A stretch of 64,000 bases of DNA from Bacteroidales bacterium (GTDB taxonomy: Bacteria; Bacteroidota; Bacteroidia; Bacteroidales; UBA932), in contig JBAZZA010000006.1 in NCBI GenBank assembly GCA_041659025.1, forward strand, positions 9,514-73,513, read 5' to 3'. Positions 17,600 to 28,718 of the stretch are shown here, piece after piece. A program made the translations under genes and the position numbers. The notes beneath the pieces are model-generated. The model was not told where the DNA came from. It saw only the letters and a list, made by a program, of their open reading frames with translations, and did not search any database. Every line of letters starts with the position of its first letter. Position 1 is the first letter of the stretch.

Positions 17600-18718
17600 T
17601 TATAGGGTTTTGTAAAAATCTAACAGTTTATTGGAAAAGCCGCTCCAGGAGAGCTTATCCTTCTCTTTGATAATGTTTTGAACGAGACTCTCTCTAAGTC
17701 CCCTGTCAAAGTAGTTTTCAATTGCATTTTTGATGGTCAATGGTTCTCCAGCATCAACAACTATGCCAGTTCCGGGGGCCTCAATTGCCTCTTTCAATCC
17801 CCCAACATTAGTTGTAATCATTGGAAGATCAAAATGATAAGAGATTGCGCTTATTCCACTCTGGGTTGCCGACCTGTATGGTAGTACGCAGACATCGCCG
17901 GCCGAGAAGAACAGTGGAACCTCTCTGTCGCTTATATATCTTGTGAATAGTTTGATTCTTTGTCTGTTGGGCGATTTGTCTATTTGTTCCTGATAGCCCC
18001 CGAAGCTTCCGTATGGCTCTCCTGCAATTATGAGTTGATAGGTGTCGTCCAGCTTTGAAAATGCTTCAATCAGAATATCCAGCCCCTTGTAATCTCTTAT
18101 GAGTCCGAAAAAAAGTATGTTTTTCTTTCCACTCTCCAGACCGAGCTCTCTTATAGCTGTTTCTCTGTCAACCTTATCGCCAAAGTGGTTGTATAGAGGG
18201 TGGGGGGTACTTATGAACTTTGCGTCCGGTCTGTATGAAAGGAGATCCTTTCCGACAGAATCTGAAAGTACTACAAATCCATCGTTTGAGCCGAGGTAAT
18301 ATTTGGTGAAAGGGGCATCAAAAAACCTCTGTTCGTGAGGAATGACATTGTCTAGTATGGAGATGACTTTTGTCTTTTTAAGTTGGTTTCTGCCTACATA
18401 GCCCTGAGAGGGAGCGAAGTACGACATCCAGTAACGCATCAGCAGGAGATCGGGCTCCCATTTGCGAATTGTCCTGGCTGTAGATATGTAGCTTAACGGG
18501 TTGATTGTGTCCAGAAGTGAAGTGCTTTCTACCTTTATCGCCGGATCATCCTTCCCGACAAATTGTGTTTTGCCGGGAAACAGGAGACCGGGATACTGTC
18601 GTTTGAAGTTGAAAGCCTTTACCTCGTGGGATTTACTTAGTTCTTGAAAAATATTGGCATTGAACTGGGCTATACCACCTCTGTAAGGGTAAAAGCAGGA
18701 TAATATTGCAATTCTCAC
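17600..18718 (-). CDS. glycosyltransferase family 4-like
   Basis: GT-B fold features and a C-terminal EPYGSFGG...YRSATQSGI...GG motif resembling the EX7E region. Confidence 0.7.
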   Translation of the reverse strand: MRIAILSCFYPYRGGIAQFNANIFQELSKSHEVKAFNFKRQYPGLLFPGKTQFVGKDDPAIKVESTSLLDTINPLSYISTARTIRKWEPDLLLMRYWMSYFAPSQGYVGRNQLKKTKVISILDNVIPHEQRFFDAPFTKYYLGSNDGFVVLSDSVGKDLLSYRPDAKFISTPHPLYNHFGDKVDRETAIRELGLESGKKNILFFGLIRDYKGLDILIEAFSKLDDTYQLIIAGEPYGSFGGYQEQIDKSPNRQRIKLFTRYISDREVPLFFSAGDVCVLPYRSATQSGISAISYHFDLPMITTNVGGLKEAIEAPGTGIVVDAGEPLTIKNAIENYFDRGLRESLVQNIIKEKDKLSWSGFSNKLLDFYKTL

Positions 18719-18728
18719 CCAATACTTG

Positions 18729-19337
18729 TTATTTTTTTCCTTTGGTTGCCACGTACTCTTCGTTAAGTCCGCTTACAACTGAATTGGTAATGTTTAATGT
18801 AGAGTCACCCTTGAGGATTGTGTTGGTTGCACCGGAAGTGTTCAGAATCAACGAATACTTTTTGTCTTCGTTGTATTTGGCAAGGTATTTGTCAAGTGCA
18901 TCCATTACTCTTCTGAAGAGAACTTGTTGCTCCTCTTGCATTTCCATCTGTTTTTGCTGACTCAGGTTCTGAAGTTCCTGCTCGCGGACCCCGAGTTGTT
19001 GTTGTTGGGCCTCTGCCTGTGCGCGGGTAATGAGACCACCCTGAACCTTATCACGAAAATCTTTGATATCGCGTTCGAAGGCTCTGCTTTTTTTGGTTAA
19101 ATCGTCCTGAATTATCTGTGCCTTAGCTTCCAGTTCAGACTTAAGGTCGTTGAACATGTCAAACTGATTTACCAGAGAATCGATCTGAATGTAAACAATA
19201 CTGCCCGATGCAGCTACTGCTTCTCCGGTTTCCTGGGTTGAAGCAGTTGAACCGGACTTGGAAGTGAAATGTAAAATAAACAGTACAACTACTGCTACCG
19301 ATAGAACCACATTGGTTATTAAAGAGGCGTTTTTCAT
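18729..19337 (-). CDS. OmpH/Skp-family periplasmic chaperone
   Basis: A signal/anchor helix and a coiled-coil region rich in Q/E/K. It resembles the two Skp paralogs downstream of bamA. Confidence 0.75.
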   Translation of the reverse strand: MKNASLITNVVLSVAVVVLFILHFTSKSGSTASTQETGEAVAASGSIVYIQIDSLVNQFDMFNDLKSELEAKAQIIQDDLTKKSRAFERDIKDFRDKVQGGLITRAQAEAQQQQLGVREQELQNLSQQKQMEMQEEQQVLFRRVMDALDKYLAKYNEDKKYSLILNTSGATNTILKGDSTLNITNSVVSGLNEEYVATKGKK

Positions 19338-19368
19338 TTGAATTTTGATATTAATGCGACAAATATAA

Positions 19369-20088
19369 TTAATAATTTTTTAACTGTCTAATATAAGACT
19401 GGATTGTATTTTCCAATCCAAGATATAGTGCATCGCAGATAAGGGCATGGCCGATTGATACCTCAAGCAGGTTGGGGATATGTCTAAAAAAGTAGTTAAG
19501 ATTCTCAAGATTAAGGTCATGGCCGGCGTTCACGCCAAGTCCCACCTTTTCTGCTTCGGTTGCTGCTATAACAAAAGGTTCAATTGCTGCCTCCTTGTTC
19601 TCGTTAAAAAGTGTTGCATAGGACTCCGTATACAGTTCAACCCTGTCGCAGCCTGTGTCGGCAGCATGTTTTATCATCTCTGCCACTGGGTCAGTGAAAA
19701 TGGATGTCCTTATACCCTCCTCTCTGAAAAGTTTGCAGGTTTTTGTGAGAAAATCCTTATGGGTTTTTGTGTCCCATCCGCAGTTGGATGTAATTACGTT
19801 ATGTGAGTCCGGAACAAGGGTAACCTGATCAGGATGAAGTTCAAGAACCAGCTTTATGAATGATTTTATTGGGTTGCCCTCAATGTTGAACTCTGTTGTG
19901 AGAATTGGTTTTAAATTCCTGGCATCGCTATATCTGATGTGCCTTTCATCCGGTCTTGGATGTATGGTTATACCTTGTGCCCCGAACCTTTCACAATCCA
20001 TTGCAGCCTGAATGACATCGGGCAGGTTTCCTCCGCGGGCATTTCTGAGCGTGGCGAATTTGTTTATATTTACGCTTAATTTTGTCAT
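19369..20088 (-). CDS. pdxJ: pyridoxine 5'-phosphate synthase
   Basis: [19 protein letters not shown]...HPRPDERH...GHDLN motifs. The start is set at the internal ATG at 20088, which is the typical PdxJ N-terminus. Confidence 0.9.
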   Translation of the reverse strand: MTKLSVNINKFATLRNARGGNLPDVIQAAMDCERFGAQGITIHPRPDERHIRYSDARNLKPILTTEFNIEGNPIKSFIKLVLELHPDQVTLVPDSHNVITSNCGWDTKTHKDFLTKTCKLFREEGIRTSIFTDPVAEMIKHAADTGCDRVELYTESYATLFNENKEAAIEPFVIAATEAEKVGLGVNAGHDLNLENLNYFFRHIPNLLEVSIGHALICDALYLGLENTIQSYIRQLKNY

Positions 20089-20134
20089 AGTGGCTGCAAA
20101 TTTATGTATTTTTGACAATTATTATACCAAAATC

Positions 20135-21016
20135 ATGAAGATCGCAATATTTGCAAGAGAGATTGATGTTGCCTGGAGGGACAGGCTATGTTATATTTTC
20201 AAGGCGCTGGAAGGAAAAGGCATTGTGCTTTGCTATTACAAGACATTTTATGAAAAGGTAAAGGATGAGTACCATCTCAAGGTTCCTCACGGAGATACTT
20301 TTTCTAACCATAATGAATTACCGGAAGATACAGATATATTTTTATGTTTCGGAGGGGATGGTACCTTCCTGGAGTCACTGACCTTAGTAAGGGACATGGG
20401 GATTCCGGTAGCAGGTGTCAACTTTGGCCGCCTGGGATTTCTTACCAGCACTAATATGGAACCAAGCTTTTCATGGGTAGATGATCTTGTTGCTGGTAAT
20501 TTTAAAATTGAGAAAAGGACAATTTTAAAGATAGAGTCTTCGGTTCTTCCAGCAGATTTTTATCCTTATGCAATAAATGAGATGTCGGTACAGAGAAAGG
20601 GACCATCTATGCTCTCTGTGAATGTGAACATCAACAACCATGAACTGCCTGCTTACTGGGGGGACGGACTTCTGGTTGCAAGTCCTACAGGTTCCACTGC
20701 GTACTCGCTTAGTGCCGGAGGTCCAATAGTGATGCCTGCATCAAAGATACTTATAATTGCACCTATTGCTCCTCATAACCTTAATGTGAGACCAATGGTC
20801 GTGCCTGAAGATTCCGTTATAGATATCACGGTATGGTCGAGGTTGGCAGAGGTTACACTAAGCATGGACAACAGGTCATTGACAATATCCTCCGGGGACT
20901 CATTCAGAATATCTAAGGCAGAATACGACCTTAACTACATATCATTTCCATCCAGCAGCTTTATTGGTGCCCTCAAGGACAAGCTAAGATGGGGGGAAGA
21001 CAGGAGAAACAACTAA
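20135..21016 (+). CDS. nadK: NAD+ kinase
   Basis: GGDGTFL motif and NE...D segments. The start is set at MKIAIF (20135) so that it does not overlap pdxJ. Confidence 0.88.
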   Translation: MKIAIFAREIDVAWRDRLCYIFKALEGKGIVLCYYKTFYEKVKDEYHLKVPHGDTFSNHNELPEDTDIFLCFGGDGTFLESLTLVRDMGIPVAGVNFGRLGFLTSTNMEPSFSWVDDLVAGNFKIEKRTILKIESSVLPADFYPYAINEMSVQRKGPSMLSVNVNINNHELPAYWGDGLLVASPTGSTAYSLSAGGPIVMPASKILIIAPIAPHNLNVRPMVVPEDSVIDITVWSRLAEVTLSMDNRSLTISSGDSFRISKAEYDLNYISFPSSSFIGALKDKLRWGEDRRNN

Positions 21017-21030
21017 AATAATATCTGCAG

Positions 21031-21765
21031 ATGAACAAGATACCAAGACACGTGACAATAATTATGGACGGAAACGGAAGATGGGCCAGGAAAAAGGGTC
21101 TTGACAGACTTTACGGACATAAGGAGGGGGTTGAATCTGTAAGGGCAGTTACAGAATTTGCTGCCGAAAATGAGATAGGCTTTCTGAGTCTCTTTGCATT
21201 TTCTGAGGAAAACTGGAACAGACCAAATTACGAGATTATGGGATTGATGGAACTTATGATAGACGCTATTGCTGCAGAGACTCCCACGCTTATGAAAAAT
21301 AATGTGAGATTCAGGGTTGTAGGCAATCTTTCAAAACTTTCAGAAACCTTGCAGGAAAAAATTGTACAGACCGAAAAGCTCTCTGAACATAACAACGGAC
21401 TTAACCTGATTGTTTTTTTAAGTTACAGCGGCAAATGGGACCTGCTTCAGGCAACTGGTAAGTATGCCGATGAAGTAATTAAAGCAAAGGAAAATAACAG
21501 CCCGGTGCCCGAACTGACTCCGGATTATTTTGATACACTTCTTAGTACCCATGGGATCCCTGATCCTGACCTTCTTATAAGGACAAGCGGAGAACAGCGG
21601 ATAAGTAATTACCTTCTCTGGCAGACCGCTTATACCGAATTTTATTTCACAGATGTTCTTTGGCCCGATTTTCGCAAAAATGACTTTCAGAAAGCTCTTG
21701 ACCACTTTTCAGAAAGAGAGAGAAGATTTGGAAAAACAGGAGACCAGGTAAATAATCTAAATTAA
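21031..21765 (+). CDS. uppS: isoprenyl transferase (undecaprenyl diphosphate synthase)
   Basis: HVTIIMDGNGRWA, FAFSEENWNRP and IRTSGEQRISNYLLWQ motifs. Confidence 0.93.
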   Translation: MNKIPRHVTIIMDGNGRWARKKGLDRLYGHKEGVESVRAVTEFAAENEIGFLSLFAFSEENWNRPNYEIMGLMELMIDAIAAETPTLMKNNVRFRVVGNLSKLSETLQEKIVQTEKLSEHNNGLNLIVFLSYSGKWDLLQATGKYADEVIKAKENNSPVPELTPDYFDTLLSTHGIPDPDLLIRTSGEQRISNYLLWQTAYTEFYFTDVLWPDFRKNDFQKALDHFSERERRFGKTGDQVNNLN

Positions 21766-21822
21766 CAGGCATTGAATACAAATAAAAGCTTATATTTGCG
21801 TTTTCACAGTCAGAAATTGCAA

Positions 21823-24327
21823 ATGAAGTCGTTAGCAGTAGTTTTACTAGTAGCAATAATTGCGCCTTTTAACAAGGTATTAGCCCAGGATAGTTCAATT
21901 GTAAGATCTACGGTCGTAGATTACAATCAACCAAAAGATTATATCATTGGAGGAATCAAGGTTTCGGGAATACAATTCCTCAGACCTGAACAGGTTTTGT
22001 CATATACGGGATTTGCCGTTGGCGATACCGTAAGGATTCCCAGTGAAGAGGTCTCGGCTATTATTAAAAGAATATGGATGTCTAAATGGTTCTCAGATGT
22101 ATCTTTGTACATAGATTACACAGTAAAGGATACAGCCTATCTGAATATCTTTTTGCGTGAGCGTCCAAGGGTTTCCAGATGGGAATTTGAGGGTATAAAG
22201 AACACAGAGAAGTCTGATCTTGATGAAAAGATCAAGTTAAGAAGGGGAAGCGAACTTTCAGACTATGTGGTAAGCTCAACATCAGAAATAATTAGAAAGT
22301 ATTATGTTGATAAAGGTTTCCTTCAGACAGAGGTTAACATTAAACAGCAGACCGATACAACTGTCCAGAATGCCGTCAAGGTTACATTCTGTGTGGACAG
22401 AAAAACAAAAGTCAAAATCAAAAGCATAATTTTTGAGGGAAACTACAATATAAAGGGTTCCAAGCTTGCGTCTGCAATGAAAAAGACAAAAGACATGAGA
22501 CTTTGGAACTTTTTCTCAAGCAAGAAATTTAACGAAAAGGAGTACGACAAGGACAAAGGCCTTCTTATTGAGAAATATAGCGAAAGAGGTTACAGAGATG
22601 CAAAGATTGTCAAGGATTCCATATACTATATCGAACAGGGAAGGATGGCAATCAAGTTCAAAATTGATGAAGGGCAGAGATACTATTTCAGAGATATAGT
22701 CTGGACAGGCAACTCAATCTTTACAACAGAATATCTGAATAGTATCCTACGTATTAAGAAGGGTGACGTATATGATGTGGTGTCTATGGAGAAGAGGCTT
22801 TTTAGTGCAGAGGAGGGTAACGTTACCAAACTATACACCGACAACGGATTTCTCTTTTTCCGTGTATCTCCTGTTGAGGTTAAGATAGACGGCGACTCTG
22901 TAGATCTTGAGATGAGAATTTACGAAGGGAAACCGGCTACATTCAATCGTATTATAATAAACGGTAACAGCATTACCCATGAAAAGATAGCAAGAAGGGA
23001 ACTCTTTACAAAACCGGGCTATCTTTACAGTCAATCGGAGGTGGAGCGTTCATTAAGGGAACTTGCTTCCATGGGACACTTCGAGCCGGAAAAACTAAGC
23101 ACACCAAATGCAATAAGCATTATCCCGGATCAGAACAACAATACTGTTGATGTCTCCTACAATGTTGAGGAGAAGTCAAACAGCCAGTTCGAGATTGCCG
23201 GTGGCTGGGGTGGAAACACATTTGTGGGAACTCTGGGGCTTAGCTTCAACAACTTCTCCATTAAGAGGGTGTTCAAGAAATCGGCATGGCGGCCAGTTCC
23301 TCTTGGAGATGGTCAGCAGCTAGCTATCAGGTTCCAGACAAACGGTTCTTATTATACAGCTCTCACAGCAAGCTTTACAGAACCTTGGCTGTTCGGCAAC
23401 AAACCAACATCGTTGAATGTATCTACGTACTATACAAGGCAGACAAACTCATCTTATTTTTATCAGAACTCGAATCAGAGTATGGAGGTGTTTGGAGCAA
23501 CTATTGGAATAGGAACAAGATTGAAATGGCCGGATAACTGGTTCGTATTGTACAATGAATTAAGTGCTCAATCTTACAAGCTCACCGACTGGCAATACAA
23601 CTTCCTTTTCTCAGACGGACTTTCGAATAATATAAGTTACAAGATAAGACTCCAGAGAAACTCTACCGACCAGCCCATTTACCCGAGAAGCGGTTCTGAT
23701 TTCCAGCTTGGTCTGCAGATTACCCCACCTTACTCAGCATTCAGAGCTGCAGATACAGATTACAAGAACATGACAGATGCCAAGAAGTATAAATGGATAG
23801 AATATCATAAATGGACATTCAAGGGCACACAGTACACATCACTCACAGGTGACTTGGTTCTTATGACCCGTGCTTACTTCGGCTATCTTGGTCTTTACAA
23901 CCGTAATCTGGGTTACTCGCCGTTCGAAGGTTTCGTAGTGGGTGGCGACGGAATGTCGGGTTACAATACTTATGGTTCTGAGGTTGTTGGTCTGAGGGGA
24001 TACGCAAACTCTTCTCTTACTCCTATGGTGAACAATGCTTATGCAGGAAACGTATATGACAAATTCACCCTCGAGTTGAGATACCCGCTTGTTTTGCAGG
24101 CTCAGTCAACTATATATGCTTTATTGTTCCTTGAGGGTGGTAACTCCTGGTCAGACATTAGGGACTTCAATCCTTTCTCAATCAAGAGGTCCGCAGGTTT
24201 CGGCGTAAGGGTTCTACTACCTATAGTTGGGATGCTTGGTATAGACTGGGGATATGGTTTCGACCCTGTTGCAGGTAAGGCTAAAGGCGGCAGCAACTTC
24301 CACTTTGTTATAGGTCAGCAGTTTTAA
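21823..24327 (+). CDS. bamA: outer membrane protein assembly factor BamA
   Basis: A signal peptide starting at M 21823, POTRA repeats and a C-terminal beta-barrel ending in GQQF. It follows uppS, as in many bacteria. Confidence 0.92.
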   Translation: MKSLAVVLLVAIIAPFNKVLAQDSSIVRSTVVDYNQPKDYIIGGIKVSGIQFLRPEQVLSYTGFAVGDTVRIPSEEVSAIIKRIWMSKWFSDVSLYIDYTVKDTAYLNIFLRERPRVSRWEFEGIKNTEKSDLDEKIKLRRGSELSDYVVSSTSEIIRKYYVDKGFLQTEVNIKQQTDTTVQNAVKVTFCVDRKTKVKIKSIIFEGNYNIKGSKLASAMKKTKDMRLWNFFSSKKFNEKEYDKDKGLLIEKYSERGYRDAKIVKDSIYYIEQGRMAIKFKIDEGQRYYFRDIVWTGNSIFTTEYLNSILRIKKGDVYDVVSMEKRLFSAEEGNVTKLYTDNGFLFFRVSPVEVKIDGDSVDLEMRIYEGKPATFNRIIINGNSITHEKIARRELFTKPGYLYSQSEVERSLRELASMGHFEPEKLSTPNAISIIPDQNNNTVDVSYNVEEKSNSQFEIAGGWGGNTFVGTLGLSFNNFSIKRVFKKSAWRPVPLGDGQQLAIRFQTNGSYYTALTASFTEPWLFGNKPTSLNVSTYYTRQTNSSYFYQNSNQSMEVFGATIGIGTRLKWPDNWFVLYNELSAQSYKLTDWQYNFLFSDGLSNNISYKIRLQRNSTDQPIYPRSGSDFQLGLQITPPYSAFRAADTDYKNMTDAKKYKWIEYHKWTFKGTQYTSLTGDLVLMTRAYFGYLGLYNRNLGYSPFEGFVVGGDGMSGYNTYGSEVVGLRGYANSSLTPMVNNAYAGNVYDKFTLELRYPLVLQAQSTIYALLFLEGGNSWSDIRDFNPFSIKRSAGFGVRVLLPIVGMLGIDWGYGFDPVAGKAKGGSNFHFVIGQQF

Positions 24328-24348
24328 TAACGCTTAATTGAATATATT

Positions 24349-24861
24349 ATGAGAAAATTATTTTTATTGACTCTTGTAATTCTTGCCTCATCGGTAATTG
24401 TCAAAGCGCAGACTTTCGGATATGTAAACACAGAAAAAATACTTCAGGCTATCCCGGAATATACAAATGCCCAACAACTGATCGACAGACTTAAAAAGCA
24501 ATACGAGGCACAAATTGATGCCGAGATGAAGGTTGTAGAGAGTATGTACAACCAATATCAGGCAGAAAAACAGACCCTTTCAGGTTCTCAAAGAGAAGTC
24601 AGAGAGGGAGAAATCATCAAAAAAGAGAGATCGGCCAAAGAGTTGCAAAAGACCTTTTTCGGACAGGAAGGGGCGTTGTCAAAAAGATCTCTGGAACTTT
24701 TAACTCCTTTAAAAGACAAGGTTCAGGCAGCTATTGAAAAGGTGGCTGTTGAGGGTGGCATAATTTTGGTATTTGACATAGCAACAGCTCAGGGTATTAT
24801 TTATAATAATCCCACTAACGATTTGACACCCAAAGTTTTAAAGAAATTAAACATACTTTAG
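24349..24861 (+). CDS. OmpH/Skp-family chaperone
   Basis: A signal peptide and a coiled coil, located directly downstream of bamA. Confidence 0.8.
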   Translation: MRKLFLLTLVILASSVIVKAQTFGYVNTEKILQAIPEYTNAQQLIDRLKKQYEAQIDAEMKVVESMYNQYQAEKQTLSGSQREVREGEIIKKERSAKELQKTFFGQEGALSKRSLELLTPLKDKVQAAIEKVAVEGGIILVFDIATAQGIIYNNPTNDLTPKVLKKLNIL

Positions 24862-24882
24862 AAACCAATAATATTTATCTAT

Positions 24883-25476
24883 ATGAAACATTTTTCAAAA
24901 TTTTTACTGATTCTTTTTGTTTTTGCGACCAGCACATCTTTTGCACAGACGTTCAAATTTGGACATATAAATTCTCAGGAGCTGATTGCTCTTATGCCTG
25001 ACAGAGACAGCGCCGTTCTTAAACTGGATATATACGGAAAACAACTTCAGCAAGATATGGACGACATGCAAGCTGAATTCCAGACAAAAATGAACATCTA
25101 TCAGCAAAAACAAGCAACATGGACAGCAGTGGTTCTGGAAGATAGACAAAAGGAGCTTCAACAGATCCAAGCCAGATTTGAGGCATTTCAAGCTAACGCT
25201 CAACAAGAGTATCAGCAAATGCAGCAATTACTTTATGCTCCTGTATATCAGAAAGCAAATGAGACCTTGATAAAAATAGGTAAGGATAATGGATTTACCT
25301 ATATTTTTGATATTTCGACAGGATCTATTCCTTTCTTTAACGAAGCACAAAGCACAGATGTAATGCCTATGGCAAAAACAATGCTTAAGATCCCTGCAGA
25401 CAAGAAACCTATGGCTATTCCTTCTCCTGCTGATAAGACTGCTACTCAACAGGGACAGACAAAATCAACCAAATAA
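24883..25476 (+). CDS. OmpH/Skp-family chaperone (second tandem paralog)
   Basis: A signal peptide and a Q-rich coiled coil, in tandem with the previous gene. Confidence 0.8.
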   Translation: MKHFSKFLLILFVFATSTSFAQTFKFGHINSQELIALMPDRDSAVLKLDIYGKQLQQDMDDMQAEFQTKMNIYQQKQATWTAVVLEDRQKELQQIQARFEAFQANAQQEYQQMQQLLYAPVYQKANETLIKIGKDNGFTYIFDISTGSIPFFNEAQSTDVMPMAKTMLKIPADKKPMAIPSPADKTATQQGQTKSTK

Positions 25477-25505
25477 TATGGTTTTATAAGATTTTTTTTA
25501 ACTTT

Positions 25506-25537
25506 ACGGCCGCTCTTTAATAGGGCGGCCGTTTTTT
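25506..25537 (+). terminator. rho-independent terminator after the skp genes
   Basis: ACGGCCGC (25506-25513) pairs with GCGGCCGT (25525-25532) across an 11-nt loop. The T tract 25532-25537 abuts the murI ATG. Confidence 0.75.
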
Positions 25538-26356
25538 ATGAAAATTTGTAAGGCAGGTAAACCATTAATAGCAATATTTGATTCCGGAGTAGGGGGGCTT
25601 TCTGTTTGGAGGGAGCTCACTGCAATTCTGCCTGACTTTCATTTTATATATCTGGCCGATAATGCATATTGTCCTTACGGTCCAAGACCTCAGGAGGAGG
25701 TAATCGCACGCACCTCCTTAATTACCGATTTCTTTATTTCACAAGGAGCCATTCTTATAGTGGTTGCGTGCAACACAGCAACTGCGGCAGCAATAGATTC
25801 ACTGAGATTGAACTATGATATCCCGTTCATTGGCATGGAGCCCGCTGTCAAGACAGCGGCCCTTCACTCAAAAAGCGGAGTTATTGGTGTCCTTGCCACT
25901 TTAGGGACTTTTAACGGCAAATTATATCACAGGACACTGGAACGCTTTGCTTCCGATATAAAAGTCATAGAAAAGGCAGGAACAGGGCTTGTGGAGCTGG
26001 TTGAGGCAGGTAAGACATCTGTTCCGGAAACCATAGACCTTCTGAAGCTCTATATAGAGCCTATGCTTAAGGAGGGTGCCGACCATATTGTGCTTGGATG
26101 TACTCACTATCCATTTCTGACAGATGAAATCAGAAAAATTACCGGTGACCATGTGGTGATAGTCGATCCTGCACCTGCCGTAGCCTTGCATACATACAAT
26201 ACTTTACAACAACATGGGGTGGTTTCGGAAGAGAAGCCCGATCCACTCACTCAAACCATATTTTATTCAACTGGACCTAAAGAAAACCTGATGAGAGTCG
26301 CGAAAAGCATCCTTAATGCAATTCCTGACGAGCAATTTGTAGAAAAATCATTCTAA
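25538..26356 (+). CDS. murI: glutamate racemase
   Basis: [17 protein letters not shown] and LGCTHYP motifs. Confidence 0.92.
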   Translation: MKICKAGKPLIAIFDSGVGGLSVWRELTAILPDFHFIYLADNAYCPYGPRPQEEVIARTSLITDFFISQGAILIVVACNTATAAAIDSLRLNYDIPFIGMEPAVKTAALHSKSGVIGVLATLGTFNGKLYHRTLERFASDIKVIEKAGTGLVELVEAGKTSVPETIDLLKLYIEPMLKEGADHIVLGCTHYPFLTDEIRKITGDHVVIVDPAPAVALHTYNTLQQHGVVSEEKPDPLTQTIFYSTGPKENLMRVAKSILNAIPDEQFVEKSF

Positions 26357-26367
26357 AACCATATTCT

Positions 26368-28575
26368 ATGACAACAGAAATTCTATTCTATTTTGTGCCG
26401 GTGGCAGCCTTAGTGGCGCTGGCATTTGCCTACTATTTTTTTAAACAGATGATGAAGGAGAGCGAGGGGACAGATACCATGAAGGAGATCGCGGCACACG
26501 TCAGAAAGGGTGCAATGGCCTACTTGAAGCAACAATACAAGGTGGTTATAATTGTATTTATTGTAATCAGTCTGTTTTTTGCATTTATGGCCTATGGTCT
26601 GGGAGTTCAGAACCCTTGGGTACCATTTGCTTTCCTTACAGGAGGCTTTTTCTCGGGACTTGCTGGTTTTATTGGTATGAAGACTGCTACATATGCTTCT
26701 GCCAGAACTGCCAATGCTGCCATGCGATCACTTAACAGTGGATTAAGACTTGCTTTTCGCTCAGGGGCCGTTATGGGTCTTGTTGTTGTGGGTCTTGGCC
26801 TGTTGGATATATCATTATGGTATTTGCTTCTTGATCATTTCATTGATGCCACAGGACCTCAAAAGTTGGTTGTAATCACTACAACTATGCTTACTTTTGG
26901 AATGGGTGCATCTACACAGGCTCTTTTTGCGAGAGTGGGTGGTGGAATATATACAAAAGCTGCTGACGTCGGAGCAGACCTTGTTGGTAAGGTTGAGGCA
27001 GGTATTCCTGAGGACGATCCCCGCAATCCTGCTACAATTGCGGACAATGTTGGTGATAATGTAGGTGATGTTGCCGGTATGGGTGCAGACCTTTATGAAT
27101 CATACTGTGGCTCAATCCTGGCTACCGCAGCATTGGGAGCATCGGCATTCTACATTTCACCCGACCTTCAGATGAAGGCGGTTTTTGCACCTATGCTTAT
27201 TGCCGCTGTCGGAATCATTCTTTCAATTATTGGAATATTTGTAGTTAAGACAAAGGAGGGTGCCGGAATGAAGGAACTTCTCAGATCTCTCGGATTTGGT
27301 GTAAACCTGAGTTCGGTACTTATTGCTCTTTCAACTTTTGGAATACTATATATCTTGCAGATAGACAACTGGATGGGTATCTCATTCTCGGTTGTAACAG
27401 GTCTTGTGGCAGGTATAATAATCGGCCAGTCAACAGAATACTACACTTCACACTCTTACAGACCTACTCAGAAGATTGCTGAGAGTTCAAATACAGGTCC
27501 GGCTACTGTAATCATTTCCGGGATTGGTTTGGGTATGATCTCAACTGCAATTCCTGTACTTACTATTGCTGCGGCCATAATTATCTCTTTTCTGTGTGCA
27601 ATCAATTTTGATGTAACCGGGATGCTTACTGCTCATAATCTTAGCCTTGGCCTTTATGGTATAGGTATAGCAGCTGTCGGTATGCTCTCTACACTTGGTA
27701 TCACACTTGCTACAGACGCTTATGGTCCAATTGCAGACAATGCAGGCGGAAATGCTGAGATGAGCAAGCTTGATCCTGAGGTTCGCAAGCGCACCGATGT
27801 TCTTGATGCATTGGGCAACACAACCGCAGCTACAGGTAAGGGATTTGCAATAGGTTCTGCTGCTCTAACTGCTCTCGCTCTTTTGGCTTCATATCTAGAA
27901 GAGGTGAAGATTGGATTAGCTCATATTGGACAAACAACAATAGATGTTGCCGGCAGAATAGTAAATGTTGCGGAGGCTACTATTCCTGATTTTATGGAAT
28001 ATTATCAGATTAACCTTATGAATCCTAAAGTTCTGGCAGGTGTGTTTATCGGTTCAATGATGTCGTTCCTTTTCTGCGGATTGACTATGAATGCAGTTGG
28101 TCGTGCGGCTCAAAAAATGGTTGAAGAGGTACGCCGTCAGTTCAGGGAGATACCTGGTATCCTGCTGGGTACTGGCACTCCGGATTATGCAAGATGTGTT
28201 GAGATATCTACTAAGGGTGCGCAGAGAGAGATGTTGCTACCTTCGCTGCTTGCAATTATTGTTCCTGTTGTAACAGGTGTTATTTTTGGTGTTTCAGGTG
28301 TTATGGGTCTTTTGGTAGGTGGTTTGGGAGCCGGCTTTGTACTGGCAGTATTCATGGCAAATGCAGGTGGTGCATGGGATAATGCCAAGAAGTATGTAGA
28401 AGAAGGTAATCTTGGAGGCAAAGGTTCAGATAGCCATAAAGCGACTATCGTAGGCGACACAGTAGGTGATCCATTCAAAGATACTTCGGGTCCATCATTG
28501 AATATCCTTATAAAACTAATGAGCATGGTAGCCATCGTTATGGCCGGCCTTACCGTAGCTTACAGCATATTCTAG
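26368..28575 (+). CDS. hppA: membrane-bound proton/sodium-translocating pyrophosphatase
   Basis: 735 aa polytopic protein with [19 protein letters not shown] and [11 protein letters not shown] motifs. Confidence 0.95.
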   Translation: MTTEILFYFVPVAALVALAFAYYFFKQMMKESEGTDTMKEIAAHVRKGAMAYLKQQYKVVIIVFIVISLFFAFMAYGLGVQNPWVPFAFLTGGFFSGLAGFIGMKTATYASARTANAAMRSLNSGLRLAFRSGAVMGLVVVGLGLLDISLWYLLLDHFIDATGPQKLVVITTTMLTFGMGASTQALFARVGGGIYTKAADVGADLVGKVEAGIPEDDPRNPATIADNVGDNVGDVAGMGADLYESYCGSILATAALGASAFYISPDLQMKAVFAPMLIAAVGIILSIIGIFVVKTKEGAGMKELLRSLGFGVNLSSVLIALSTFGILYILQIDNWMGISFSVVTGLVAGIIIGQSTEYYTSHSYRPTQKIAESSNTGPATVIISGIGLGMISTAIPVLTIAAAIIISFLCAINFDVTGMLTAHNLSLGLYGIGIAAVGMLSTLGITLATDAYGPIADNAGGNAEMSKLDPEVRKRTDVLDALGNTTAATGKGFAIGSAALTALALLASYLEEVKIGLAHIGQTTIDVAGRIVNVAEATIPDFMEYYQINLMNPKVLAGVFIGSMMSFLFCGLTMNAVGRAAQKMVEEVRRQFREIPGILLGTGTPDYARCVEISTKGAQREMLLPSLLAIIVPVVTGVIFGVSGVMGLLVGGLGAGFVLAVFMANAGGAWDNAKKYVEEGNLGGKGSDSHKATIVGDTVGDPFKDTSGPSLNILIKLMSMVAIVMAGLTVAYSIF

Positions 28576-28582
28576 GGTATAC

Positions 28583-28603
28583 GGGGACGCACATTGTGTA
28601 CCC
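28583..28603 (+). repeat. 21-nt motif GGGGACGCACATTGTGTACCC (left end of the palindromic element filling the hppA/tlpA-like gap)
   Basis: Starts 8 nt after the hppA stop. It matches 35168-35188 at 20 of 21 positions. Confidence 0.7.
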
Positions 28604-28614
28604 ATTGAAAAAAC

Positions 28615-28668
28615 AAGTGTGGAGTAAAACCGATTGATTTTGGTTATACTCCACACTTCTTATTTTTT
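28615..28668 (+). terminator. rho-independent terminator of hppA
   Basis: AAGTGTGGAGTA (28615-28626) pairs with TACTCCACACTT (28647-28658), followed by CTTATTTTTT. Confidence 0.8.
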
Positions 28669-28718
28669 GACTGACAGCGGTTAAGTGAGTAATGTGCCGC
28701 ACATTATTATTGGGAGAT

